Positions 48,498-57,175 of a stretch of DNA of 64,000 nt are shown here, piece after piece. Within the stretch, counting starts at the first letter, position 1. Each line of letters opens with the position of its first letter. Origin of the DNA: Usitatibacter sp. (GTDB lineage: Bacteria; Pseudomonadota; Gammaproteobacteria; Burkholderiales; Usitatibacteraceae); assembly GCA_035656735.1 (NCBI GenBank), contig DASRRY010000047.1, positions 9,500 through 73,499 on the forward strand, read 5' to 3'. Made by a program: the position numbers and the translations under genes. The notes beneath the pieces are model-generated. The model was not told the origin of the DNA. It saw only the letters and a program-made list of their open reading frames with translations, and made no database searches.

Positions 48498-49871
48498 ATG
48501 ACCCTGCGCTTCCTTGCCGCGCTCGCCGCCACGCTCCCGGCGCTCGTCGCGGCGCCCGCCGCCCAAGCCGCCGCCATCGCACAGCCGCTCACGGCGCAGC
48601 AGCAGAGCGTCGCCGGCAACGAGTCGCAGCTCTTCTCCGTGCGCTTCCTCACCGCCGCGGGGACGGCGGCCGTCGGCGAGACGGTGACGTTCTCCAACGA
48701 CGCCTGCGGCTTCTTCCCCAACGGCCAGTTCAACTACACCACGCCCACCGACGCGAACGGCGTCGCCTCCGCGCTCTTCACGGCCATGCCCGAGGGCATC
48801 GTGTGCCACGTCGTCGCCGCGGCGGGTGCCACGGCGAGCTTCACGGTGCTCACCTACCTGCCGCGCAACGTGTCCTTCGCGGTGACGATGGACCCGACAG
48901 CCCCGAAGCCGGGGCAGTCGGTGCACCTCGCCGTGACGCCTGCCGTGGGCGTGTATCCCATCTACAACGCGGACGTGACCGCGGCCATCGTGCCGGAAAC
49001 GGGACAGGCGAGCCTCGCACCGGCTTCCGGCAACACCGGCCAGCAGGGCAGCGTGGGGTTCGACGCGACGCCCTCGGGCGCGCCCGGCGACTACCAGGTG
49101 GAGCTGCGCTTCCACGACGCCGTGCAGCGCGTGCCGGTGAAGCTTTCCGCCGTGCCATGGCAGGACATGTGGTGGGCCGGTCCCGCGGAGAACGGCTGGG
49201 GCGTGAGCGTCGTGCAGCACCGCGACACGCTCTTCAGCGTGATCTACGCCTACGATGCGGCGGGCAAGCCCACGTGGTACGTCATGCCGGGCGGCGCATG
49301 GAATGCGTCGCACACCGCGTACTCCGGTCCGCTCTATCGAACGCACGGGGCGCCGTGGTCGGCTTACGACGCCACCCGCTTCGTGGTCGGCGATCCCGCC
49401 GGAGATGCCACGCTCGACGTGACTGATGCCGCCGCCGTGCGGCTCTCCTACCGCGTGGGCGGCGTCGCCGGGACGAAGGCGCTGAGCCGCCAGGCGTTCG
49501 GCCCGGTCGATCGCGGCGCGTCCCCGGACACCGCGGACATGTGGTGGGGCGGCGCCGCGCAGGACGGCTGGGGCATCGCCGTGCTGCAGCAATATCGCTC
49601 GCTCTTCGCCGTGTGGTTCACCTACGACGCGTCCGGCGCGCCCACCTGGCTCGTGATGCCCTCCGGCACCTGGACCGATGCGCAGACCTGGGAAGGCCGC
49701 ATCTACCGCACGCACGGCAGCCCCTGGCTCGGCGCGCCCTACGATGCCGCGGCGCTCTCGCTCTCCGACGCGGGGGCTTTCCGCCTGCGCGTGGCGGGCG
49801 ATAATGCGGCCTTCGATTACGTGATCGACGGCCAGTCCGGGAGCGTCGCGCTCTCGCGGCAGCCGTTCTGA
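48498..49871 (+). CDS. Secreted protein: Ig-like N-terminal domains plus two tandem copies of an unnamed ~115-aa domain
   Basis: Signal peptide MTLRFLAALAATLPALVAAPAAQA. Big-like segments (VGETVTFSNDACGFF..TDANGVASALFTA). Tandem repeats start at DMWWAGPAENGWGVSVV (49164) and DMWWGGAAQDGWGIAVL (49536). Confidence 0.75.
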   Translation: MTLRFLAALAATLPALVAAPAAQAAAIAQPLTAQQQSVAGNESQLFSVRFLTAAGTAAVGETVTFSNDACGFFPNGQFNYTTPTDANGVASALFTAMPEGIVCHVVAAAGATASFTVLTYLPRNVSFAVTMDPTAPKPGQSVHLAVTPAVGVYPIYNADVTAAIVPETGQASLAPASGNTGQQGSVGFDATPSGAPGDYQVELRFHDAVQRVPVKLSAVPWQDMWWAGPAENGWGVSVVQHRDTLFSVIYAYDAAGKPTWYVMPGGAWNASHTAYSGPLYRTHGAPWSAYDATRFVVGDPAGDATLDVTDAAAVRLSYRVGGVAGTKALSRQAFGPVDRGASPDTADMWWGGAAQDGWGIAVLQQYRSLFAVWFTYDASGAPTWLVMPSGTWTDAQTWEGRIYRTHGSPWLGAPYDAAALSLSDAGAFRLRVAGDNAAFDYVIDGQSGSVALSRQPF

Positions 49872-49876
49872 ACGCC

Positions 49877-50341
49877 ATGACCGCGCTCGCCTTGCGGCGT
49901 TTCCTCGCGCTCCTCGTGCTCGCCCTCGCCCCGCTCGCCGCCGCGGCGCAGGGGTCGGCGATCGATTTCGGCGACCTCGAGGCGCGCCTGCGCCTGGACC
50001 CGGCGCAGAAGCTGCAGTTCGACGCGGCGGCGGGCGCCACGCACCGCGCGATGCTCGCGACCGGGATCCTCGCCCTCGAGATGAAATCCCGCCTCGCCCA
50101 GGAGCTCGCGAAGGACCGGCCGGATTTCGACCGCCTGCTCGGCGATCCGGACCGGATGCTGGCGCAGGTCCGCCCGCAGTGGCGCGAGGCGCAGGAGGAA
50201 TGGACGCGCCTCTACGCGATGCTCGACGCCCGCCAGGCGGTCATCGCGCGGGATTACGTCGAACGCCGGCTCGGTTCGTTGCAGGACCTCGGGGCCGACC
50301 TGCTCAAGGGCTGGCGCCAGAAGCCGCGCACACAAGACTAG
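49877..50341 (+). CDS. Periplasmic Spy/CpxP-like protein (two LxxxQ motifs)
   Basis: Signal peptide ...LAPLAAAAQG. An all-helical charged sequence with LDPAQK and LDARQA motifs. It lies 5 bp after the preceding gene and 24 bp before amt. Confidence 0.55.
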   Translation: MTALALRRFLALLVLALAPLAAAAQGSAIDFGDLEARLRLDPAQKLQFDAAAGATHRAMLATGILALEMKSRLAQELAKDRPDFDRLLGDPDRMLAQVRPQWREAQEEWTRLYAMLDARQAVIARDYVERRLGSLQDLGADLLKGWRQKPRTQD

Positions 50342-50365
50342 CCCCCAACCCCGAAGGAGGAATCG

Positions 50366-51568
50366 ATGGAGGCGACCCGGGCGCCGGGAGACGTGTTGTT
50401 CATCCTGGTGGGAGCGGTGATGGTCTTCGCGATGCACGCGGGCTTCGCGTTCCTCGAGCTGGGGACGGTGCGGCGCAAGAACCAGGTCAACGCGCTCATG
50501 AAGATCCTGGTCGACTTCGCCGTGTCGACCATCGCCTATTTCTTCATCGGCTACGCGGTCGCGTACGGCGTGCACTTCTTCACGGGGGCCGAGCAGCTCG
50601 CGCAGAAGAGCGGCTACGCGCTCGTGCGCTTCTTCTTCCTGCTCACGTTCGCCGCGGCGATTCCCGCCATCGTCTCCGGCGGCATCGCGGAGCGCGCGCG
50701 CTTCCATCCGCAGATCGCGGCCACGTTCCTGCTGGTGGGCTTCGTCTATCCGTTCTTCGAGGGCATCGCGTGGAACGGGGCCTTCGGCGTGCAGGCCTGG
50801 CTGCGCTCGACCTTCGGCGCGGAATTCCACGATTTCGCCGGGTCCGTGGTGGTGCACGCGGTCGGCGGCTGGATCGGCCTCGCCGCGGTGCTGCTGCTCG
50901 GCGCGCGCCTGGGCCGCTACACGCGCGACGGCCGCGTGGTCGCCTTTCCGCCGTCGAACATCCCGTTCCTCGCGCTGGGCGCGTGGATCCTCTCCGTGGG
51001 CTGGTTCGGCTTCAACGTGATGAGCGCGCAGACGCTCGCCAAGGTGAGCGGGCTCGTCGCCATCAACTCGCTCATGGCGATGGCGGGCGGCACGCTCGCG
51101 GGGCTGGTGGCGGGACGCAACGACCCCGGATTCGTGCACAACGGGCCGCTCGCGGGGCTGGTGGCGATCTGCGCCGGATCCGACGTGATGCATCCGCTCG
51201 GCGCGCTCGCGACCGGCGCGGCCGCGGGCGCGCTCTTCGTCGGCATGTTCACCCTCACGCAGAATCGCTGGAAGATCGACGACGTGCTGGGCGTATGGCC
51301 GCTGCACGGCCTCTGCGGCACGTGGGGCGGGCTCGCCTGCGGCATCTTCGGCTCGAAGGCGCTGGGCGGCACGGGTGGCGTTTCCCTGGGAAGCCAGCTC
51401 GCCGGCACCGCGCTCGGCGTCGCCGTCGCGCTGGCGGGCGGCTTCGCGGTCTACGGCCTGCTGCGCGCCGCGATCGGCATCCGCCTCGAGCCCGAACAGG
51501 AATTCGACGGGGCCGACCTCTCGATCCACCGCATCACGGCCACGCCCGAGCGCGAGGAGATGGGCTAG
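50366..51568 (+). CDS. amt: Ammonium transporter (Amt family)
   Basis: FAMHAGFAFLELG, DFAGSVVVHAVGGW, FGFNVMSA and LGVWPLHGLCGTWGG motifs. About 11 TM helices. Confidence 0.92.
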   Translation: MEATRAPGDVLFILVGAVMVFAMHAGFAFLELGTVRRKNQVNALMKILVDFAVSTIAYFFIGYAVAYGVHFFTGAEQLAQKSGYALVRFFFLLTFAAAIPAIVSGGIAERARFHPQIAATFLLVGFVYPFFEGIAWNGAFGVQAWLRSTFGAEFHDFAGSVVVHAVGGWIGLAAVLLLGARLGRYTRDGRVVAFPPSNIPFLALGAWILSVGWFGFNVMSAQTLAKVSGLVAINSLMAMAGGTLAGLVAGRNDPGFVHNGPLAGLVAICAGSDVMHPLGALATGAAAGALFVGMFTLTQNRWKIDDVLGVWPLHGLCGTWGGLACGIFGSKALGGTGGVSLGSQLAGTALGVAVALAGGFAVYGLLRAAIGIRLEPEQEFDGADLSIHRITATPEREEMG

Positions 51569-51885
51569 TCGCTGGTGAGGGCCTGGCGCTCGGACGCGCG
51601 CTTGTGCTTGCGCACCGGACGCGGCGGTCCGTCGTAGGGATCGCCGTCGAAGCGCACGTGCTCGGCGATGCGCCCGGTCGCATCCGCGCCGATCACGCGG
51701 GCGAGGTCATCGAGGGAGGTATACGGCCCGTGCTCGTTGCGATACTCGATGATGCGCTTGGCCGCCAGCTTGTCGAGGCCGCGCGTGGACTGCAGCTCGC
51801 TTTGCTGCGCGGTGTTCACGTTCACGCTCGGCGTCGCGAGCGCCATGCCGAGGGCGGCCATTGCCGCGAATGCGATCGGTCCCAT
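51565..51885 (-). CDS. ComEA-like helix-hairpin-helix DNA-binding protein (secreted)
   Basis: Leader MGPIAFAAMAALGMALA, then VNVNTAQQSELQSTRGLDKLAAKRIIEYRNEHGPYTSLDDLARV (HhH pair). Start trimmed to ATG 51885. Confidence 0.75.
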   Translation of the reverse strand: MGPIAFAAMAALGMALATPSVNVNTAQQSELQSTRGLDKLAAKRIIEYRNEHGPYTSLDDLARVIGADATGRIAEHVRFDGDPYDGPPRPVRKHKRASERQALTSD

Positions 51886-51962
51886 GGCGGACAGACACCC
51901 GCCGGCGGGCGGAGTTTGGGCCGCGTGTTGCGTGACGCCGCGCCGGGCGTGCGCCAGGAGGC

Positions 51963-52538
51963 CTATGCGGGTGGATCGTCCGGCAGGCTCCGGTCGCGCC
52001 AGCGGTGGACGAGCGCACCGCCCACGCCGAGCGCCAGCACCGTCGCGAAGGCCCACGCCTCCACGTGGTTCAGGTCCTTTAGCACCGATTCCAGGATCGC
52101 GCCGAAGACGTAGCCCAGGCTCGCGATGAGCGGTGCCCAGATCGCGGCGCCGAGCAGGTTGTACGCGACGAACTTCCACGCCCGCACGCGGCCCATGCCG
52201 AGCATGATGGGGCCCAGGATGCGCAATCCGTACATGAAGCGCACCGCCACGATGAGCGGTGCGTGCCAGCGCGCGAGCATCGCGTCGAAGCGCTCCGCGC
52301 GCGCGCGCAAACGGGGGAAGCGGCGCAGCAGCGCCTGCCCGTGGAAGCGCCCGAGGAAGAAGAAGAACTGGTCGCCCGCGAATCCGGCGGCGAGCGCGAT
52401 GGCGACGACGGCCGCGAAATCGAGGTAGCCGCGCCGCGCCGCGAGACCCCCGAGCGCGAGCAGCGTCTCGCCTTCGAGGAAGGCCCCCACGAAGACGGCC
52501 GCGTAGCCGTAGGCGTCGATGAGCGCGGGCAGGTCCAT
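51963..52538 (-). CDS. DedA-family inner-membrane protein
   Basis: YGYAAVFVGAFLEGETLL, GDQFFFFLGR and RFMYGLRILGPIMLG motifs. Confidence 0.85.
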   Translation of the reverse strand: MDLPALIDAYGYAAVFVGAFLEGETLLALGGLAARRGYLDFAAVVAIALAAGFAGDQFFFFLGRFHGQALLRRFPRLRARAERFDAMLARWHAPLIVAVRFMYGLRILGPIMLGMGRVRAWKFVAYNLLGAAIWAPLIASLGYVFGAILESVLKDLNHVEAWAFATVLALGVGGALVHRWRDRSLPDDPPA

Positions 52539-52568
52539 GGTTCGTAGCCTAGGGCAACATCGCCCGCC

Positions 52569-53909
52569 TCATGGCGCTGTCATGGCGACGGTGAAGCGCG
52601 TGCCGCGATGGCCCTCGCCGTCGGCGACCTCGATCGTGCCGCCGTGGCGTTGCACGATCTCGTGCACGATCGCGAGGCCCAGGCCGCTGCCTTCCGTCGA
52701 CTCGTTGTCCAGGCGGTGGAAGCGCTGGAAGATGCGCTGCCTCTCGGAGGCCGGAATGCCGGGGCCGTCGTCCTCCACCTCGAGGATCGCGCGGCGGCCC
52801 TCGGTGCGCGTGCGGATGCGCACGACGCGGGCTCCATAGCGCGTGGCATTGTCCACGAGGTTCTCGGCGAGCTCGCCCGCCAGCAGCGGCACGCCGCGCG
52901 ACCGCGCGGAGGCCAGGTCGAACTCGAGCTCGACGCCGCGGCTGGTCGCGGCGCGCAGCCACGTGGCCGCGCGCCCTTTCACGACCTCGGCCAGGTCGAA
53001 CGGCTCCTCGACGACGGTCGGGTTCGAGACGGGATCCGCGCGCGCGAGCGAAAGCACCTGCTGCGCGAGGCGCGCGAGGCGATAGGCGCCGTCGCGCGCC
53101 TGGGCGATGTGCTCGCCGCTCTCGCCGCCGCCTTGCACCGCGAGCTCGAGCTGGGTGATGACCCCCGCGATCGGCGTGCGCAGCTGGTGGGCGGCGTTGG
53201 CGATGAAGCGGGCCTGGGTCTCCTGCGCCTTGCGCAGGCGCTCGAGCATCTGGTTCAGCTCCTGCACGAGCGGCCGCAGCTCGCCCGGCACGCCCGAGGT
53301 CGCGACCGGCAGCAGCATGGCGTGGGAGCGCGCCTGCATCTCGTCGCGCAGGTGATCGAGAGGCGCGAGGCCGCGGCGCACCCCGAACGCGATGGCGAAG
53401 ACGGGCGCCAGGATCAGCAGCACCGTCGGCGTGATCGCGGATACGAGGGCGTCGCGGTACGCGCGCGTGCGCTTGTTGATCGTCTCGGCGGCGATGACCG
53501 TGACCGGCATGCCGTTGACGCTCGCGGGCAGCGCCACGCCGCGAATCCTGAGCCCGTCGTGGATGCCGTCCCAGAAATACGGGGAGGGACCCTGCGGCAT
53601 CGAGGGCGGGTGCAGCTGCCGGTCGCCGAGCACCACGTCGCCGCCGGGCCCCAACACCGCGTAGAAGATCTGGTCCGTGCTGTCGGCCTTGAGGATGGCC
53701 ACGGCGAGCTCGCTCAAGCCGAGCGACACCTCGCCGTCCTGCGCGTGGAGGTACGGCACGAGGGTGCGCGCGATGTCCCCCAAGTCCAGGTCGTACGCCG
53801 AGGCGAGGCGGCGCTCCATGAACACGTACGCGCCGCCGGCCGCGACGACGCCCACGATCAGCAGGGGCGGAAGCAGCCAGGCGAAGAGCGTCGCCCTAAG
53901 GCTTCTCAT
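52569..53909 (-). CDS. Two-component sensor histidine kinase (QseC/TctE-like architecture)
   Basis: Two TM helices with a periplasmic loop. H-box FIANAAHQLRTPI. LVDNATRYG, DDGPGIP, GSGLGLAIV. Confidence 0.85.
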   Translation of the reverse strand: MRSLRATLFAWLLPPLLIVGVVAAGGAYVFMERRLASAYDLDLGDIARTLVPYLHAQDGEVSLGLSELAVAILKADSTDQIFYAVLGPGGDVVLGDRQLHPPSMPQGPSPYFWDGIHDGLRIRGVALPASVNGMPVTVIAAETINKRTRAYRDALVSAITPTVLLILAPVFAIAFGVRRGLAPLDHLRDEMQARSHAMLLPVATSGVPGELRPLVQELNQMLERLRKAQETQARFIANAAHQLRTPIAGVITQLELAVQGGGESGEHIAQARDGAYRLARLAQQVLSLARADPVSNPTVVEEPFDLAEVVKGRAATWLRAATSRGVELEFDLASARSRGVPLLAGELAENLVDNATRYGARVVRIRTRTEGRRAILEVEDDGPGIPASERQRIFQRFHRLDNESTEGSGLGLAIVHEIVQRHGGTIEVADGEGHRGTRFTVAMTAP

Positions 53910-54576
53910 CCTTCCACGGCTCGACCAGGTAGCCGAGTCCGCGCACGGTGCGGATGCGAATGCCCGAGGGTTCGAGCTTCGCGCGCAGCCGCGAGATCTG
54001 CACCTCGATCGCGTTGGGCGAGAGCTGCTCGTCCCACGAGGCGATCGCGCCGGAGATGCGGTCCTTGGCGACGATCGCGTCGACGTTCGAGAAGAGGAAT
54101 TCGAGCAGCGCGTACTCCCGCTGCGACAGGTCGAGGGCCTTTCCCGTGACGCTCGCGCGCTTGCGGGCGAGGTCGATCGCGAGCGGCCCGTGCTCGATCA
54201 CCTTGGAGCGGATGGCGCGCCCGCGCCGGGTGAGGGCCGACACGCGGGCCAGCAGCTCCTCCGGCGCGAAAGGCTTGGCCAGGTAGTCGTCGGCGCCGAC
54301 CGTGAGGCCGTGCACGCGATCCGTGAGCGCGTCGCGGGCCGTGAGCACGAGGACGGTTTGCTCGCCCCCGCGCCCGCGCAGGCGCTTGAGCCACGTGAAC
54401 CCGTCCACGCCCGGCAGGCCGATATCGAGGATGACGAGGTCGATCTCGGTCACGCGCAAGGCGGCATCGGCCTGCTCCGCCGTGGGCACGGCATCCACCA
54501 CGTAACCGGCGCGGCGCAGGGTCTCGTTGAGCCCGTGCGCGAGCACCTTGTCGTCTTCCACGATGAGGACCCGCAT
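53896..54576 (-). CDS. OmpR-family response regulator
   Basis: MRVLIVEDD, LVILDIGLPGVDG, LTARD, YLAKPF, then a winged helix (LSQREYALLEFLF, RGLGYLV). The stop overlaps the kinase start by 14 nt. Confidence 0.9.
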   Translation of the reverse strand: MRVLIVEDDKVLAHGLNETLRRAGYVVDAVPTAEQADAALRVTEIDLVILDIGLPGVDGFTWLKRLRGRGGEQTVLVLTARDALTDRVHGLTVGADDYLAKPFAPEELLARVSALTRRGRAIRSKVIEHGPLAIDLARKRASVTGKALDLSQREYALLEFLFSNVDAIVAKDRISGAIASWDEQLSPNAIEVQISRLRAKLEPSGIRIRTVRGLGYLVEPWKDEKP

Positions 54577-54777
54577 CGCGCGAGGATAGCACCGGGAGGG
54601 CGCGGCACCGGTCAGATTGCCGACAGTTTGACCCCGCAAGATGACACCGCCTCACTATCGTCCGCGGCCATGAACGAAGTCGTGCAATCGCGAGAGCCCC
54701 GCACCGGCCGCGCGGCCCCCGGGCGCGGCCCCGGCGAAACCGTGCCTGCCCGCGCCACGGCACCCCATCCCGGAACG

Positions 54778-54873
54778 ATGAAGCCGATGAAATCGCAGGA
54801 CTCGCTGGAAGCCCTGTACGCGCTCATCTTCGCGGTCTGCGTGCTGCTCGCGCTGTTCCTGCTCGTCGGCTAG
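54778..54873 (+). CDS. Possible 31-aa single-TM micro-protein
   Basis: MKPMKSQDSLEALYALIFAVCVLLALFLLVG at the end of a 298-bp intergenic region. The SD is weak (GGAA). Speculative. Confidence 0.2.
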   Translation: MKPMKSQDSLEALYALIFAVCVLLALFLLVG

Positions 54874-54874
54874 G

Positions 54875-55852
54875 TCACCGCGTGCGCGATTTCGCCTGCG
54901 CGATCCAGGCCGCCGGAATCGCATGCCCTTCCGTCGCGAGGGCGGCGAGCTTTCCGCGGGCATCGAGCACCGGTGCGCCGTTGGTGCCGGCGCTCGAGAG
55001 CTGCAACGCGTCGCCCGCCGGGGTCTTCACCGTCGCCTGCACTTTCGCTTCGGCGAGCGCGTAGCTTCCGGGAGCGGCCGGGCTCACGACGTAGACCTCG
55101 TCGCCGGGCCGCGCGTCCTTCGGCGCGAGCGCGAGGACCGGTGCGTCGACGCCCGCGAGGGAAAGCTTGCAGAGATCGAGCACCTCGTCGGTGATGACGA
55201 GCGTCGCCGCGGCCTTGTCCGCGCCGAACATCGCGACGATCTGGGCGTTGGCCGGGATCGCGTGGCAGGTCGTGACCGCGATGCCCGGCTCGACCACGAC
55301 GCCGAGCCCGAGCGACTGCACGCTGCCCGAGAGATCCACGGATTGCAGGCGCGCGATCGAGGGCGTCGCCGCGGCGAGGATCTGCGCGGGCGCGAGGGGC
55401 GCCGCGGGAGGTGCGGCCGCCGGCTGCTTCGGCGCTTCGGCCACGGGGCCGGTGGGCACGGGATTCGTCATCATGCGCGCCACGAAGAGGACCACGATGA
55501 GTGCCGCCGCGCCGATGACCGCGAGCAGGCCCCACGGGGTCCGGCGCGGCGGCTCGCCCGCGGGAGCCTCGATCACGGGGACGGCTTGCGGCTTGTCGCC
55601 GTCGCTCGACACCGGGATCTCGCTCGCCGCCGCGGCGGCGATGCGCGCGTCGTACGCCGCGCGGCGCTCGGGATGCGTGAGCACTTCGCGGGCATGCCGC
55701 ACCAGGGCGATGGCGCTCGCATCCGGCGAGCCTTGCGCCTCGAGCTGGGCACGCCGCGCCTCGCACGCGCCCGCGATCTCCTCCGCCGGCGCATCGGGCG
55801 CCACGCCGACGACCTCGTACAGGGTGCGCTTGGGGCTTGCCATGGGCGCCAT
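54875..55852 (-). CDS. Membrane protein: J-like domain (no HPD), TM helix, trypsin-like fold lacking the Ser nucleophile
   Basis: TLYEVVGVAPDAPAEEI...SPD...VLTHPERRAAYD (J-domain-like). TM WGLLAVIGAAALIVVLFVA. Protease-like GLGVVVEPGIAVTTCHAI, DLCKL, GTNGAPVLD. The start is uncertain (55852, 55843 or 55879). Confidence 0.7.
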   Translation of the reverse strand: MAPMASPKRTLYEVVGVAPDAPAEEIAGACEARRAQLEAQGSPDASAIALVRHAREVLTHPERRAAYDARIAAAAASEIPVSSDGDKPQAVPVIEAPAGEPPRRTPWGLLAVIGAAALIVVLFVARMMTNPVPTGPVAEAPKQPAAAPPAAPLAPAQILAAATPSIARLQSVDLSGSVQSLGLGVVVEPGIAVTTCHAIPANAQIVAMFGADKAAATLVITDEVLDLCKLSLAGVDAPVLALAPKDARPGDEVYVVSPAAPGSYALAEAKVQATVKTPAGDALQLSSAGTNGAPVLDARGKLAALATEGHAIPAAWIAQAKSRTR

Positions 55853-55888
55853 GTTGATGCCTCGCGCCGCGGCGCGCAATGCAGCCCG

Positions 55889-57175
55889 TCAGCCGGCCTC
55901 GACCTGCCGTCGGCCGCGCCGCTCGTCGACGCCCGCGAGGATCGCGAGCGACACCGCGAAGAACACGCCGGTGATGAGGATCGCGAGGCGATGGTTGCCG
56001 CCGGTGATCCACGTCACGGCGCCATAGCTCAACGGCCCCAGGATGGCCGCGAGGCGGATCGCGACACCCCAGAGCCCGAAGAACTCGGCGCTGCGCGAGG
56101 CGGGCGAGAGGTATGCGACGAGCGCCCGGCCGGCCGACTGGCTCGATCCCATGCAGAGGCCCGCCAGGTTGGCCGCGATCCAGAACGTGAGCCTGTCGCG
56201 CGAGAAGTACGCGACCACCGTCATGGCGATCCAGCCCACGATGGTCCAGCGCAGGGCGGCGGTCTTGCCCAGGCGGTCCTGCGCGTAGCCGAAGCCGAAG
56301 GCGCCCACCGCGGCCGTCACGTTGACGACGATCACGAGGAGGATCGTGTCCTGGGTCGTGAAACCCATGACCTGCTCGGCGTAGATGGCGGCGAGCGCGA
56401 TCACGGTCGCGACCCCCGCCTGGTAGAACACGCCGCACGCGAAGACGAGGAGCAGGTCGCGATAGCGCCGCGCATGGCGCGCGGTCTCGAGCAGCCGCGC
56501 CGCCGCATCGTGCGCGCCGGGTACGTGGCCCTCGCGCGCCCGCTCGCGCAGCCAGAGGAACGTCGGCAGCGCCGCCAATCCGTACACGAGCGCGGTGATC
56601 ACCATCGTGCCCGGCACCGCCTGGGAGGTCGTGGACCCGCGCGACGCGGCGCTCATGACCCATGCGAGCGAGAGCGCCAGGGCGAGGATGCCGCCGAAAT
56701 AGCCGAGGCTCCAGCCCCACCCCGACACGCGTCCGAGCGCCTCGGGGCGCGAGATCTCGGGCAGGAACGCCGCCACGAGGTTCTCGCCCATCGAGTACGC
56801 GACGTTCGACACGACGATGAAGACCACGGCGAAGGCCACCGCGCCGGGGCCCGTCCAGGCGAGCGCCACGGTGCCCGCGATGCACACCGCGGTCGAGATC
56901 GCGAGCAGGCGCTTCTTGGCGCCGCGCGCGTCGGCCCAGGCCCCGAGCGGGGGCCCGATCACCATCACGACGAGGTAGGACAGCGACAAGGCGGCGGTCC
57001 ATGCGAATGTCGCCCAGGGCGCGTTCGCGGCGACGACCGACACGAAGTACGCGTTGAACACCGCGGTGAGCACGACGGTGGTGTAGCCCGAGTTCGCGAA
57101 GTCGTACATCGCCCAGGCGAAGACCTCGAGGCGGCTCACCCCCGGATTGAGCGACGGGCTCGGCGCCCGCGTCAT
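55889..57175 (-). CDS. MFS transporter (UMF1/Atg22-like family)
   Basis: FAWAMYDFANSGYTTVVLTAVFNAYF and 12 hydrophobic segments. ATG 57175 overlaps the S41 gene stop (TCAT on the + strand). Confidence 0.85.
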   Translation of the reverse strand: MTRAPSPSLNPGVSRLEVFAWAMYDFANSGYTTVVLTAVFNAYFVSVVAANAPWATFAWTAALSLSYLVVMVIGPPLGAWADARGAKKRLLAISTAVCIAGTVALAWTGPGAVAFAVVFIVVSNVAYSMGENLVAAFLPEISRPEALGRVSGWGWSLGYFGGILALALSLAWVMSAASRGSTTSQAVPGTMVITALVYGLAALPTFLWLRERAREGHVPGAHDAAARLLETARHARRYRDLLLVFACGVFYQAGVATVIALAAIYAEQVMGFTTQDTILLVIVVNVTAAVGAFGFGYAQDRLGKTAALRWTIVGWIAMTVVAYFSRDRLTFWIAANLAGLCMGSSQSAGRALVAYLSPASRSAEFFGLWGVAIRLAAILGPLSYGAVTWITGGNHRLAILITGVFFAVSLAILAGVDERRGRRQVEAG

